Made by a program: the position numbers and the translations under genes
The notes under the pieces: model-generated
The model's database searches: none
What the model saw: only the letters and a program-made list of their open reading frames with translations
What the model was told of the DNA's origin: nothing
Shown: piece by piece, positions 48,858 to 57,993 of the stretch
Numbering within the stretch: the first letter of the stretch is position 1
How the letters are laid out: each line of letters starts with the position of its first letter
IMG/VR virus record: IMGVR_UViG_3300036980_001087
Location: 32,943 to 96,942 of that record
Reading direction: 5' to 3' (one strand)
From: a virus
Length of the DNA stretch: 64,000 nt

Positions 48858-49922
48858 ATGTCACGTGTATTTAAAAGCATTCTTGCTGGGTTAATAGTTA
48901 TTATTCTTGCTGCTAATGCAAAATTTACAATGGGAGTAAATAATAGGCTCAGCTTTATTGACCAAGGCCAAAGTATCATAACCTATGACCTTGACGTGCT
49001 TAATAAAAACCTCCTTAATACTAATAATAATGTATTGGAGGGCACTAAAGCCACGTTTGAATTAAATAAAGTTATGGTTAAGATTATGCAAGCAATAGAT
49101 GGTAATAGCGTAGAGAGGGACAATCAATTAACAATTCAATTAGATCAATTAGTCCAGTCTCTTGCTAAAGAAATTAAACTTAATAAAATACGTGATGCAT
49201 ATTTAGCACAAGTAACAAATTTTATTCTTAAAAGTAATAGAGACGAGGCCATGTCTCAAGAATTATTTGACAGAGAAATCGAAGGCGTAAGGAAATTAAT
49301 TGCTCAATCTGAAGATGCAGCTAGACTAGGAAAAGAAGTAATAGAACATAATATAATGTTATGTAATATAATGCTTTATAATAATGAAGAAGGAACGCAG
49401 GGATCAGGAATTACAGTAAAATTACAGGATAAATTTTATATTCTATCTGCTGCACACTTGGTATCTAATAAAGACCAAATATTACAGTTAGTAGAAAATG
49501 GAATTACTATCTGTGATGTGCGTGTGGTTAGGTGGGATACACAAACAGATTTACTCTTATTGGAAACCGTGGATCCTGAAATCCAGCCTAGGGTTTGGAC
49601 TACAATTGCAAAAAATGAACCACAAAAGGGAGTAGAGTCCATCTATGTATGTGGTAATCCAATTGGGCTAGAGGACGTATTAAGTACTGCCAGGGTTATA
49701 AAATTTACAGGTGCCTTCTTTTATTACCTTGATCATAGTTACTTTGGATCCTCTGGTGGTGGAATATTCAATATGGCTGGAGAATTAATTGGGACCATCT
49801 CTCATTTAATTGCAGTTGATCCTACTCCCCCAGGAATTGTGACACAACGCTCACCTATGTTTGTAATTCATGGAGCAGTACGAACACAGGCGATCCATAA
49901 ATTCTTGGAAGGACTAGAGTAA
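48858..49922 (+). CDS. Membrane-anchored trypsin-like serine protease
   Basis: Signal/TM, coiled coil, SAAH, DLLLL, GNP.G, GSSGGG; start after GGAGG at 48858. Confidence 0.85.
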   Translation: MSRVFKSILAGLIVIILAANAKFTMGVNNRLSFIDQGQSIITYDLDVLNKNLLNTNNNVLEGTKATFELNKVMVKIMQAIDGNSVERDNQLTIQLDQLVQSLAKEIKLNKIRDAYLAQVTNFILKSNRDEAMSQELFDREIEGVRKLIAQSEDAARLGKEVIEHNIMLCNIMLYNNEEGTQGSGITVKLQDKFYILSAAHLVSNKDQILQLVENGITICDVRVVRWDTQTDLLLLETVDPEIQPRVWTTIAKNEPQKGVESIYVCGNPIGLEDVLSTARVIKFTGAFFYYLDHSYFGSSGGGIFNMAGELIGTISHLIAVDPTPPGIVTQRSPMFVIHGAVRTQAIHKFLEGLE

Positions 49923-50521
49923 TGGAAAATATAATTACCCCAGAATTTCAGGAATTTAAAAAGATCCCTAGATTTAGTAGGGATATAATTATTACTGAAA
50001 AACTGGATGGGACCAATGGTGTAATTTATATTGGTGAAACTGGAGAATTTCTGGTAGGATCAAGGTCCAGATGGATTACACCAACAGATGATAATCATGG
50101 TTTTGCTAGATGGGCCTATGATAATAAAGAAGAGTTATTAAAATTAGGTCCTGGATGGCATTATGGAGAATGGTGGGGTAGTGGAGTAAATAGAGGATAT
50201 GGACTTATTAAAGGGGAAAAAAGATTTTCTCTTTTTAATTCTGGGCGATGGGTAAAGAAAACCGCTGACAACATCTCCCCGCTTGGGGAGAAACAAGAAT
50301 ATTGCCCTGATTGTTGTTATGTTGTGCCTATTTTATACCAGGGTATATTCCATTCAACTATGATCTTTAATGCCTTAGGTATTTTGGAAGAGAAGGGAAG
50401 TTTAGCTTCTCCAGGATTTATGAATCCGGAGGGGATAGTTATTTATCATGTTGCTGCAAGACAATATTTTAAAAAGACTATTAAAAATGACGACATGCAT
50501 AAAGGTGAAATAAGTGGCTAA
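49922..50521 (+). CDS. RNA ligase (Rnl2-like nucleotidyltransferase)
   Basis: ITEKLDGTNG, YGEWWG.G, F.LFN, PEGIVIY. Confidence 0.8.
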   Translation: MENIITPEFQEFKKIPRFSRDIIITEKLDGTNGVIYIGETGEFLVGSRSRWITPTDDNHGFARWAYDNKEELLKLGPGWHYGEWWGSGVNRGYGLIKGEKRFSLFNSGRWVKKTADNISPLGEKQEYCPDCCYVVPILYQGIFHSTMIFNALGILEEKGSLASPGFMNPEGIVIYHVAARQYFKKTIKNDDMHKGEISG

Positions 50522-51110
50522 GTATTGCACACACTGTAAACGAACTAGAGATATAAAGTTTTTCTCTAAAACTAAAACTGAGAAGGACGGACATCAATAT
50601 GTTTGTAAGCAGTGTGTTGCAATATATAAAAGAGCACATTATAAAAAGAACCGTGTAAAATTATTAGAACAACATAAAAAGTATTATGTATTACATAGGA
50701 ACGAACGTATTTTATCTGCCAAAAACTATACTAGTAAACATCAGGAGCAACGAAAAGTGTATGTCCGTCAATGGCATAGAGAAATGTGCCATACTAATAT
50801 AAATTATCATATATTACAAAACCTTCGGAGACGACTTAACCATGCCTTACATGGCGCTTTAAAGGCCACGAATACAGTAAGTTTACTTGGTTGTTCTATT
50901 GAGCAGTTAAAACAGCACCTTGAGAAACAATTTAAACCCGGCATGACTTGGAATAATTACGGTAGGGTTGGTTGGGTAATTGACCACATTAAACCCTGTG
51001 TTAGTTTTAATTTTATTAACCCAGAAGAACAAAAGAAGTGTTTCCACTATACTAATTTACAACCTCTATGGTATGTAGATAATCTTAGAAAAGGCAAACA
51101 TGCAAGATAA
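50514..51110 (+). CDS. HNH / endonuclease VII-like homing endonuclease (copy 3)
   Basis: CTHC..CKQC N-terminus; W.IDHIKPC...CFHYTNLQPLW. Confidence 0.85.
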   Translation: MAKYCTHCKRTRDIKFFSKTKTEKDGHQYVCKQCVAIYKRAHYKKNRVKLLEQHKKYYVLHRNERILSAKNYTSKHQEQRKVYVRQWHREMCHTNINYHILQNLRRRLNHALHGALKATNTVSLLGCSIEQLKQHLEKQFKPGMTWNNYGRVGWVIDHIKPCVSFNFINPEEQKKCFHYTNLQPLWYVDNLRKGKHAR

Positions 51111-51879
51111 ACAAATTCTCTGCATTGATTTTAGTGAGCTCTTCTTCAGTTCAATATTTGGCTGGAGAAGAGCTTGTCAAATGGGCAATAAGTTACCATT
51201 AGAATTTATGGTACTTAAGAAGTTATTTTCCTATTGCAAAGCATTTCCAGGTAGAGAAATATATATCATGTGTGATGGTACAAAGACCTGGCGTAAAGAA
51301 GTATATCCTGAATATAAAGCACAACGTAAAGAACAGAGGGATAAGTATGAAGATCTAGACTGGACTGATCTTTTTGCTAGATATGGCCAGATGATTAGTG
51401 CCATAGAGAACTTCACTCCTATGCTTACTTTTAGGGACGATATACTTGAGGCTGATGATCTTGAGGCCATCTTAGCTAAGGATGGGGAAGACCTTATTAT
51501 CTTTTCATCTGATAAAGACCTTAACCAATTAACTACTTATTCCAATCTTAAACTAGTATCTCCTAAAGGTAAAAAAGTAAAGGGTAAATTTGTTTTTAAA
51601 GTTGTGGAGGATCCGCTTAAAGAACTAGATAAACTTGTGATGAAGGGGGATCGTTGTGATAATGTTCCACGTGCTTCTTCCGAAGCACAGAGAATGATAA
51701 ATAATAAAATAGTTAACCTCATTAATCTACCTAAAAATATTGAGGATAGATGTAGAGCAGTACTTAATCAAAAAAGATGTAAATCCCCTGACTTAATTGG
51801 CTTTTGTAACCTTTACCGGTGGGATTTCGTAGGCATTGAATTAAAGAGAATTTATCCTGGGTATTTTAAAAATGAATAA
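51100..51879 (+). CDS. 5'-3' exonuclease / RNase H (FEN family)
   Basis: IDFS, CDG..TWRKEVYPEYKAQR, EADD, SSDKDL.QL, GD..DNVP. Confidence 0.9.
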   Translation: MQDKQILCIDFSELFFSSIFGWRRACQMGNKLPLEFMVLKKLFSYCKAFPGREIYIMCDGTKTWRKEVYPEYKAQRKEQRDKYEDLDWTDLFARYGQMISAIENFTPMLTFRDDILEADDLEAILAKDGEDLIIFSSDKDLNQLTTYSNLKLVSPKGKKVKGKFVFKVVEDPLKELDKLVMKGDRCDNVPRASSEAQRMINNKIVNLINLPKNIEDRCRAVLNQKRCKSPDLIGFCNLYRWDFVGIELKRIYPGYFKNE

Positions 51880-52459
51880 TAGACAACAATACATGCAAAT
51901 TTGGAGAAACCTGCATAGTACACACATTAAAATGTATGGATTACATTATCGTAAGACACATAAAGTAACAATACAGAAATATAGACTGAAGCATAAAGGT
52001 GAATATTATAAATTACATAAAAAAGAACATCAACTATGGGCAAAGGCCTATTATAAAAGTCGTTCTGATTACTTTAAGAGACTCCAGAGTAAGTATCAAA
52101 AGACACACAAAGTACAGTATAATAAATACCGTAGAGAACGAAGAATTGATGACATTAATTTTAAATTAAGATATTATTTAAGTAATCGTATTAGAGGATG
52201 TTTAAAACTTAAATATAAATTTACACATTTTAACAATCTACTTGGTTGTTCTGTAGAACAACTTAAACAACACTTAGAACAACAATTTAAACCAGGTATG
52301 TCTTGGGAGAATTACGGTTATTATGGTTGGCATATAGATCATATTAGGCCCTGTGCTTCTTTTGATCTTAGTAAGCCAGATAAACAAAAACAGTGTTTCC
52401 ATTATACTAACTTGCAACCTTTGTGGGCAAAAGATAATATGTCAAAGGGAAGTCGTTAA
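51872..52459 (+). CDS. HNH / endonuclease VII-like homing endonuclease (copy 4)
   Basis: WHIDHIRPCASFDLSKPDKQKQCFHYTNLQPLWAKDN identical in protein to copy 2. Confidence 0.85.
   Translation: MNNRQQYMQIWRNLHSTHIKMYGLHYRKTHKVTIQKYRLKHKGEYYKLHKKEHQLWAKAYYKSRSDYFKRLQSKYQKTHKVQYNKYRRERRIDDINFKLRYYLSNRIRGCLKLKYKFTHFNNLLGCSVEQLKQHLEQQFKPGMSWENYGYYGWHIDHIRPCASFDLSKPDKQKQCFHYTNLQPLWAKDNMSKGSR
52328..52438. repeat. 111-bp inverted repeat with 11828-11938
   Basis: 106/111 identical; all 5 differences synonymous. Confidence 0.85.
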
Positions 52460-52466
52460 CTATATC

Positions 52467-52745
52467 ATGAAGACAAAAATATTAAAATATAAAAAGGGAG
52501 ATATTTATAAACATAAAGATAATTTTGGGAAGGCTGAATATTTTATTGTTCGTCCTTGCACCTATTGTACCATGGGATTTTGTGAAATAGCAGTAGCTAA
52601 ACAAACTAAAAAGGAATTAGAGTGTAGGGGATTAGGCTTATATGTACTAGATAGACAAGATTGGATCTCTACTTGTTCTAATTCCCCATATCACCATGAA
52701 ATGACTAAAGTAACTGAAGCTGAAAAGCTACTAATCGGATATTAA
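52467..52745 (+). CDS. Cys-insert SH3-like tagged protein (ends VTEAEKLLIGY)
   Basis: YKKGDIY, CTYC...C. Confidence 0.55.
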   Translation: MKTKILKYKKGDIYKHKDNFGKAEYFIVRPCTYCTMGFCEIAVAKQTKKELECRGLGLYVLDRQDWISTCSNSPYHHEMTKVTEAEKLLIGY

Positions 52746-52746
52746 T

Positions 52747-53031
52747 ATGGTAGAATTAAAACAATATAAAGTTTCGTTTGAAGTACTCTGTAATTGTTCA
52801 GATAACCGTACTATTAAAGGTCTATTGGGGCATTTTGAACGTACTAATCCACAGGAACACGGGAAAGGCACCATATATAAATATATTTGTTCTAAATGTG
52901 GACAGGTACACCTCACCTTAGAACATTATACCTGTACTTTGGTACTAGATATTAATAGCACTGATAAATTGTGTAGCCATTGTACCGGTTTAATTATGCA
53001 ATTAAATCTTGCTGAATATGGAGGTGCTTGA
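52747..53031 (+). CDS. Zn-finger hypothetical protein
   Basis: CNC...CSKC...CSHC. Confidence 0.5.
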   Translation: MVELKQYKVSFEVLCNCSDNRTIKGLLGHFERTNPQEHGKGTIYKYICSKCGQVHLTLEHYTCTLVLDINSTDKLCSHCTGLIMQLNLAEYGGA

Positions 53032-53471
53032 TGTCCGTTAGACCAATTGTAACCGATCGTAGAGAATTATCTAGGCCTTGTGGAAAAGTACTTGATGGAG
53101 AAGATATTTCCCAAATCATTCAGGACCTAAAAGATACATTTGAGCCTCTTAAGGGACGTGGCTTTGGATTAGCTGCCAATCAGATTGGCTATAATAAAGC
53201 AGTGGCCTATATAGTTTTTGCTGGGCAAGAGTATATTATTATAAATCCTATAAAGTTAGAGGCTAGGATGCCCATTCCATTTAAGGAGGGCTGCTTTAGT
53301 TTTAGTGGACTTGAGATCAAGACCTCCCGTTATAATTACTTTAAAATTAAACATGGACTAGGAGAAGGAAAGGAAGAGGAGTTTAAGGGTCTATTAGGGA
53401 TAGTTGTGCAGCACGAGGTAGATCATTTAAATGGCATAACTTTATTTCAAAGACGCTGGAGAGCTAAATAA
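53028..53471 (+). CDS. def: Peptide deformylase
   Basis: GFGLAANQIG, EGCFS, QHEVDHLNG. Confidence 0.92.
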   Translation: MMSVRPIVTDRRELSRPCGKVLDGEDISQIIQDLKDTFEPLKGRGFGLAANQIGYNKAVAYIVFAGQEYIIINPIKLEARMPIPFKEGCFSFSGLEIKTSRYNYFKIKHGLGEGKEEEFKGLLGIVVQHEVDHLNGITLFQRRWRAK

Positions 53472-53917
53472 TGATAATACTTAAAGTATTTATTTGGATG
53501 ATTGTATTGGCCTTATTACATGCGCTCCAAGAGACCCAAATCGAAGGAAGAAATGGTTGGGCTAGGCACCTACCTACCTTTCAGATCAATGTATTTTTTT
53601 ATAAGTTCTTAGGCGGAAAGCCCTTAACTGGGTACCATCTTTATATGCTTTTATTATTTATTACTATTTTCCATGGGGTATTTTTATTTCAAATTTGGAG
53701 TTGGCGATTAGAGATGTTAATATTTGGTTTCTTTTCTATATATTTTGTAATTGAGGATTTCTTATTTTTTGTAGTTAATCCTCACTATAGTTTAAGAAAT
53801 TTTAAAAAAGGGAATATTGAGTGGCATAAACGTTGGTTCTGGGGATTACCTTATACTTATTGGTGGGGATTAATTATTGGAACTGCTCTATTGCTGTGTG
53901 GAGGCCAAGTAAAATGA
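53471..53917 (+). CDS. Multi-pass membrane protein
   Basis: Four hydrophobic segments; E.QIEG..GWA, EDFL.F..NP. Confidence 0.65.
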   Translation: MIILKVFIWMIVLALLHALQETQIEGRNGWARHLPTFQINVFFYKFLGGKPLTGYHLYMLLLFITIFHGVFLFQIWSWRLEMLIFGFFSIYFVIEDFLFFVVNPHYSLRNFKKGNIEWHKRWFWGLPYTYWWGLIIGTALLLCGGQVK

Positions 53918-54273
53918 AGAATTTAGGATGTCATAATTGTAAATGGGCAAGGTCCTCTGGGGACGTGGGTGACTTTTTTAGGTGGTTATTTAAATTACCC
54001 AAAAGTTATCCTCGCTGTGCTTTAAATACAAAACATCCTTTATTTAAGCAACAAGATAGGGATCATCGCGGTTTATTATTAGATAAACCTAAAAATTTTG
54101 GACTCTTAAAAGCAATAGTGGACAAATTAGATGATCACCGGGATTATTGGGATTCAGATTGTGGGCTTAATTCTAATTTTGAATGCCCTTGTTTTCATAA
54201 ACAGTTTACTAAAATTACCCAACAGGAGTTAGAGGATTTACTTATACGCTTAAAAGTGGAGTTTAGCTTATGA
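53914..54273 (+). CDS. Cys-rich tagged protein (ends ITQQELEDLLIRLKVEFSL)
   Basis: CHNCKW...C...C..N...C; GGAGG RBS. Confidence 0.55.
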   Translation: MKNLGCHNCKWARSSGDVGDFFRWLFKLPKSYPRCALNTKHPLFKQQDRDHRGLLLDKPKNFGLLKAIVDKLDDHRDYWDSDCGLNSNFECPCFHKQFTKITQQELEDLLIRLKVEFSL

Positions 54274-54590
54274 CAAGTGCCAATAGATTTTGGTTAGCTT
54301 GGACAATACTTATCCTTTTATGGGCTTTTTTATGCACTAGTAATATTTTTGCTATGACATTTAAAGAATATATTAATCAGCCAATTACTATTACAGAGAC
54401 TAAGGGAGAATTGAGATTAAAGTGGCATAATTTTTTTGGTTGTGATTTATTTAAGCCTTATTTTGCAATCAAAGATCTAGAAGATTCCTTTACTGTATTC
54501 ACAGCATTAGATCTCGGAAGATTAAAGGGGCGATTGCATTTTGGAAATAACTATAAGTCGATAGAATATAAATTTAAATATGAATTCTAA
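54270..54590 (+). CDS. Secreted protein with beta-signal-like C-terminus
   Basis: Signal peptide ending NIFA; ends SIEYKFKYEF. Confidence 0.5.
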   Translation: MTSANRFWLAWTILILLWAFLCTSNIFAMTFKEYINQPITITETKGELRLKWHNFFGCDLFKPYFAIKDLEDSFTVFTALDLGRLKGRLHFGNNYKSIEYKFKYEF

Positions 54591-55731
54591 AGTTAGATTA
54601 GTCTTTGGATTATCTATACTTACATATTTTATTCAGGGGGTTGAGGGCCTCCCAGGACAAAGTTTATTTGTCTTTATGAAGACAAAGCTAGGCATGACTC
54701 CACAAGCAATCATGTGGTTTGGTACATTTATAGGCATAGCCTGGCTTATAAAGCCAATCATAGGTGCCTTAATAGACAAACTATTTGGAAAGAAATGGTG
54801 GTATTTTGGGGCCGTCCTGCTAAGTATGGGCGCATGTGCTCTTTTAGCTAGATTAAGCCTTCCAATCGTGCTCCTAGGCTGTTTGTTAGCCCTTTTAAGC
54901 ACGGCTGCCAGCATTAGGGACATTTCGGTAGACGGAATAGCAGTTTGTTCAGGTAAGACTGAGGGCATTTGTGATAAATTACAATCTGTGCAGTGGATTG
55001 CAGTAACTATTGGAGGTCTCTTGGTAGGTATCGGGGGAGGACTTATAGCACAGTACCTACCTTACCAAGTGGGATTTGCAATACTTATTCCTCTATATGC
55101 AATAGCTGGAATGTTAATACTTAAATATAAACCTGAACAAAAAGAATGCCAAGTTACAATGCATTCAGTAATACAACTATTTAAAGATAAACGATTTATA
55201 TTAACTTGTCTTTTTATATTTCTTTATAAATATAGTCCGTCCTTTGGCACGCCCTTAGGCTTTATTATAAGGGATAAATTTCATTGGTCAGAAATTTTTA
55301 TTGGCGTACTTGGTACAATAACTGCAGTAACTAGTATCATCGGAGCCTTAATATATTATAGGGTATCTAAAAGAATAGATGCAAAAAAATGGATCACTAT
55401 TTCAATTTGGTTAGGGGCCATTACTACATTATTTTATCTTTATTATACTCGTTATACTGCAATAGGTTATGATGTTGTGTTTAGTTTAACTGGAATGTTT
55501 TTTCATTTAATAATTATGACATTCATGGCTGAGAATTCAGTTACCGGCCTAGAGACCACTTCTTTTGCTACACTATGTGCCATAAGTAATTTAGCAGGTA
55601 CAGCAGGAAGCGCTTCAGGAGCATTGTTACTTCCCATCATAGGCTTACCTGGATTAATTATTCTATCAGCATCCACATCATTTCTTTGTCTACCATTAGT
55701 ACCAATTATATTTAAGAAGAGTAATGTTTAA
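54580..55731 (+). CDS. BT1/FBT-family (folate-biopterin) MFS transporter
   Basis: YFIQG..GL, K..LG..P, W.IKP..G...D, D.SVDG, LQS..W; ~12 TM. Confidence 0.75.
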   Translation: MNSKVRLVFGLSILTYFIQGVEGLPGQSLFVFMKTKLGMTPQAIMWFGTFIGIAWLIKPIIGALIDKLFGKKWWYFGAVLLSMGACALLARLSLPIVLLGCLLALLSTAASIRDISVDGIAVCSGKTEGICDKLQSVQWIAVTIGGLLVGIGGGLIAQYLPYQVGFAILIPLYAIAGMLILKYKPEQKECQVTMHSVIQLFKDKRFILTCLFIFLYKYSPSFGTPLGFIIRDKFHWSEIFIGVLGTITAVTSIIGALIYYRVSKRIDAKKWITISIWLGAITTLFYLYYTRYTAIGYDVVFSLTGMFFHLIIMTFMAENSVTGLETTSFATLCAISNLAGTAGSASGALLLPIIGLPGLIILSASTSFLCLPLVPIIFKKSNV

Positions 55732-55921
55732 GTATAAATTTATGATTGGAGATCTTGTTTCCTCCTGTCCCCACAATACTAGGGAAAACTTTATGCCAGG
55801 AGTTGGAGAGATAAAGTTGATTCTTAAACTAGATCAAACAGAGAAACTTTACATCTGTGAACATAATGATAAATATTATATGTACACAGAAGAACAAATA
55901 TATTTATATGATCCGTACTAA
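55724..55921 (+). CDS. SH3-like small protein (ends YTEEQIYLYDPY)
   Basis: KFMIGDLV. Confidence 0.55.
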   Translation: MFKYKFMIGDLVSSCPHNTRENFMPGVGEIKLILKLDQTEKLYICEHNDKYYMYTEEQIYLYDPY

Positions 55922-55936
55922 TTGGTATATAATATA
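55922..55936 (+). promoter_or_regulatory. Class III promoter core
   Basis: TTGGTATATAATATA intergenic before GGAGG. Confidence 0.6.
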
Positions 55937-55950
55937 GGATAGGAGGATGT

Positions 55951-56124
55951 ATGAGTGAAAAATTACTATTAAAATTAATGTGTTTGATATTTGGCCTAAC
56001 TACGTGTTTATTATTTTTATTAATGGGCTGTGGCACTTTAAGTCAGTATGATATTGATTCAGCTCGGGGACGTATTGATAGAGATACAGAGCCCCAAGCA
56101 CCATTCACTATTCCTGGAAAATAA
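55951..56124 (+). CDS. 57-aa lipoprotein
   Basis: GGAGG RBS; hydrophobic leader with lipobox LMGC. Confidence 0.6.
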   Translation: MSEKLLLKLMCLIFGLTTCLLFLLMGCGTLSQYDIDSARGRIDRDTEPQAPFTIPGK

Positions 56125-56125
56125 A

Positions 56126-56521
56126 ATGTGGAGAGTTGGAGTATTATTGAAAAATGGAATACCTAAGGCGGAAACTTTTCCTACTAGGGAAGCAGCCGAT
56201 GAATGGGTATTAACTTTAATAGAAACAGAAGGGGTAAATTTAGTTAGATATAAAAATCTAGAGACTGGAGAAACTTCAGAGGAGAAATTTTAAATGGGCC
56301 AGAGAAGTGATTGTTGTAATGCAAAAGTAAAAATAGTAGGTGAAACTGATCCACATTATGTTTGTCGTAGGTGTAAACAGGTCTGTCATGTTATAATGAA
56401 AGTACGGCAAGAATGGGGACTTGATCCTAGTACAAAGATAATTCCTACTAAAAAGCGAAATAAAAGAACAAGACTAACTCCCAAAGAAGAGAGGGAGATT
56501 ATGCGAGATCTATTATATTAG
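56126..56521 (+). CDS. Two small proteins (56126-56293; 56294-56521 Zn-finger ending LTPKEEREIMRDLLY)
   Basis: SDCC.A...Y.C..C..C. Confidence 0.55.
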
Positions 56522-56529
56522 GAGGGAAT

Positions 56530-57231
56530 ATGAATGAGCTTATTGTAGCAGTCATTGGAGTAGGAAGTGCAATATTGGGGGCATTGTTGTTCCCTATCAT
56601 TAAAAGCTTTATAATTTCTGCCGGAGCTAAAGTAGTTAAGGAGAAATTGGGGGTTGAGGTTAAAAATACATATACAGGAAGTACTTTATTGGCAAAAATT
56701 AAATATGATCTTCAGCCCATAAAGTTTTTAACTACCTCCATACGTACCTTAGCCCTTGCTGCTGCAATAGCAGGAGCAGTATATGGTATTGGTTTTTGGC
56801 GTGGACAAGTTAATAAACCAGTACACTTTGATCTTCAAGGTAAAGAGGCAACTATTAAACTTAACGAACATTTCCTTAAGATTTTTTCTGATGGGACTGC
56901 AAAAGTATTAGATAAAGAGGGAAAAGTGCTTAAAGTAATTAGCCCTAAAGATATACCTGAGTTGGAAAGAGAGTTAAGGCCAATAGGCTTTGAGTTTAAG
57001 CCCGTAATGGTTACTGGTTTAGGAGTAGGGACTTCTCTTAAATATGAGGCCGGGTTAGGGGTATCAGTATTTAAGTTTAATAAGTTTTCACTTAATGCTT
57101 TTATCACCAATGGTGGTGGTTATGTGGGCCCAAGTTATAGATTAACTCCTAACTTTGATGCTTTAGTTGGTATAGGGAAAGGCTATCAAATGGACACCCG
57201 CGTATTTGCAGGAGGAAGGTGGAAATTTTAA
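56530..57231 (+). CDS. Membrane protein with N-terminal TM helices and beta-barrel-like C-terminus
   Basis: Two hydrophobic helices; ~6 amphipathic strands ending VFAGGRWKF. Confidence 0.55.
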   Translation: MNELIVAVIGVGSAILGALLFPIIKSFIISAGAKVVKEKLGVEVKNTYTGSTLLAKIKYDLQPIKFLTTSIRTLALAAAIAGAVYGIGFWRGQVNKPVHFDLQGKEATIKLNEHFLKIFSDGTAKVLDKEGKVLKVISPKDIPELERELRPIGFEFKPVMVTGLGVGTSLKYEAGLGVSVFKFNKFSLNAFITNGGGYVGPSYRLTPNFDALVGIGKGYQMDTRVFAGGRWKF

Positions 57232-57405
57232 TGCGTCCTAATTATGTTGAAATTATATCTAAAGGCTTAGTAGCTCAAGGCTATATAGAGAAGGGCGGAA
57301 GTGATGTATTTAGGCTCTTAGTAGATCCAAAGACTGGACAGCATATAAAAGTTTTTTACTCAGACTATAATCTTCAGGCAGAAGTAATAGTAAGGGAGAG
57401 CTAGT

Positions 57406-57993
57406 ATGGATATTTCAACAGTACTTAATGGAATTAAAGCTATACCTTCTACTACTACCGTAGAAGAGTGTATGCTACTTTATTCTTATGTTAAACAATT
57501 AGAACCAAATGCTATAATTGTAGAATTAGGCACTGGATTAGGTAGAACTACGGCCGCTATGGCTTATGCATGTATAGGCTCTAGTAGAAAAATTTATACC
57601 ATAGATAATTATTCCCAGGCCACTAGATTTACACAAGTGGTTAAGTCAGATTGGTCACTGACTGCAGCACAAGAGAATTTAAAAAGACTAAACTTAGATG
57701 AGCATGTTGTTTTTTTAAATTATACTACTACAGATCCAGCCCTGTTAACAATAATACCTACCCCAATTGATATGGTATTTATAGATGCAACCCATACTTA
57801 CCAGGAAGTCGTAAATGATATTAATTTTTGGAAAGCCGTACTTAGAATGAATGGAATAATGTGTGGCCACGATTGGGGCCTAGAGTGCTCAGATGGAAGA
57901 GAAGTAATTAAAGCAGTAGCAGATACAGTATTAGACCCTGCACATAACTTTGAAGTGCAGCATAAAATATGGAAATGTAGGAGATACTGGTAA
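57406..57993 (+). CDS. Class I methyltransferase (Methyltransf_24-like)
   Basis: IVELGTGLGRTT, IYTID, IDMVFIDATHTY..V..D, G...GHD. Confidence 0.85.
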   Translation: MDISTVLNGIKAIPSTTTVEECMLLYSYVKQLEPNAIIVELGTGLGRTTAAMAYACIGSSRKIYTIDNYSQATRFTQVVKSDWSLTAAQENLKRLNLDEHVVFLNYTTTDPALLTIIPTPIDMVFIDATHTYQEVVNDINFWKAVLRMNGIMCGHDWGLECSDGREVIKAVADTVLDPAHNFEVQHKIWKCRRYW

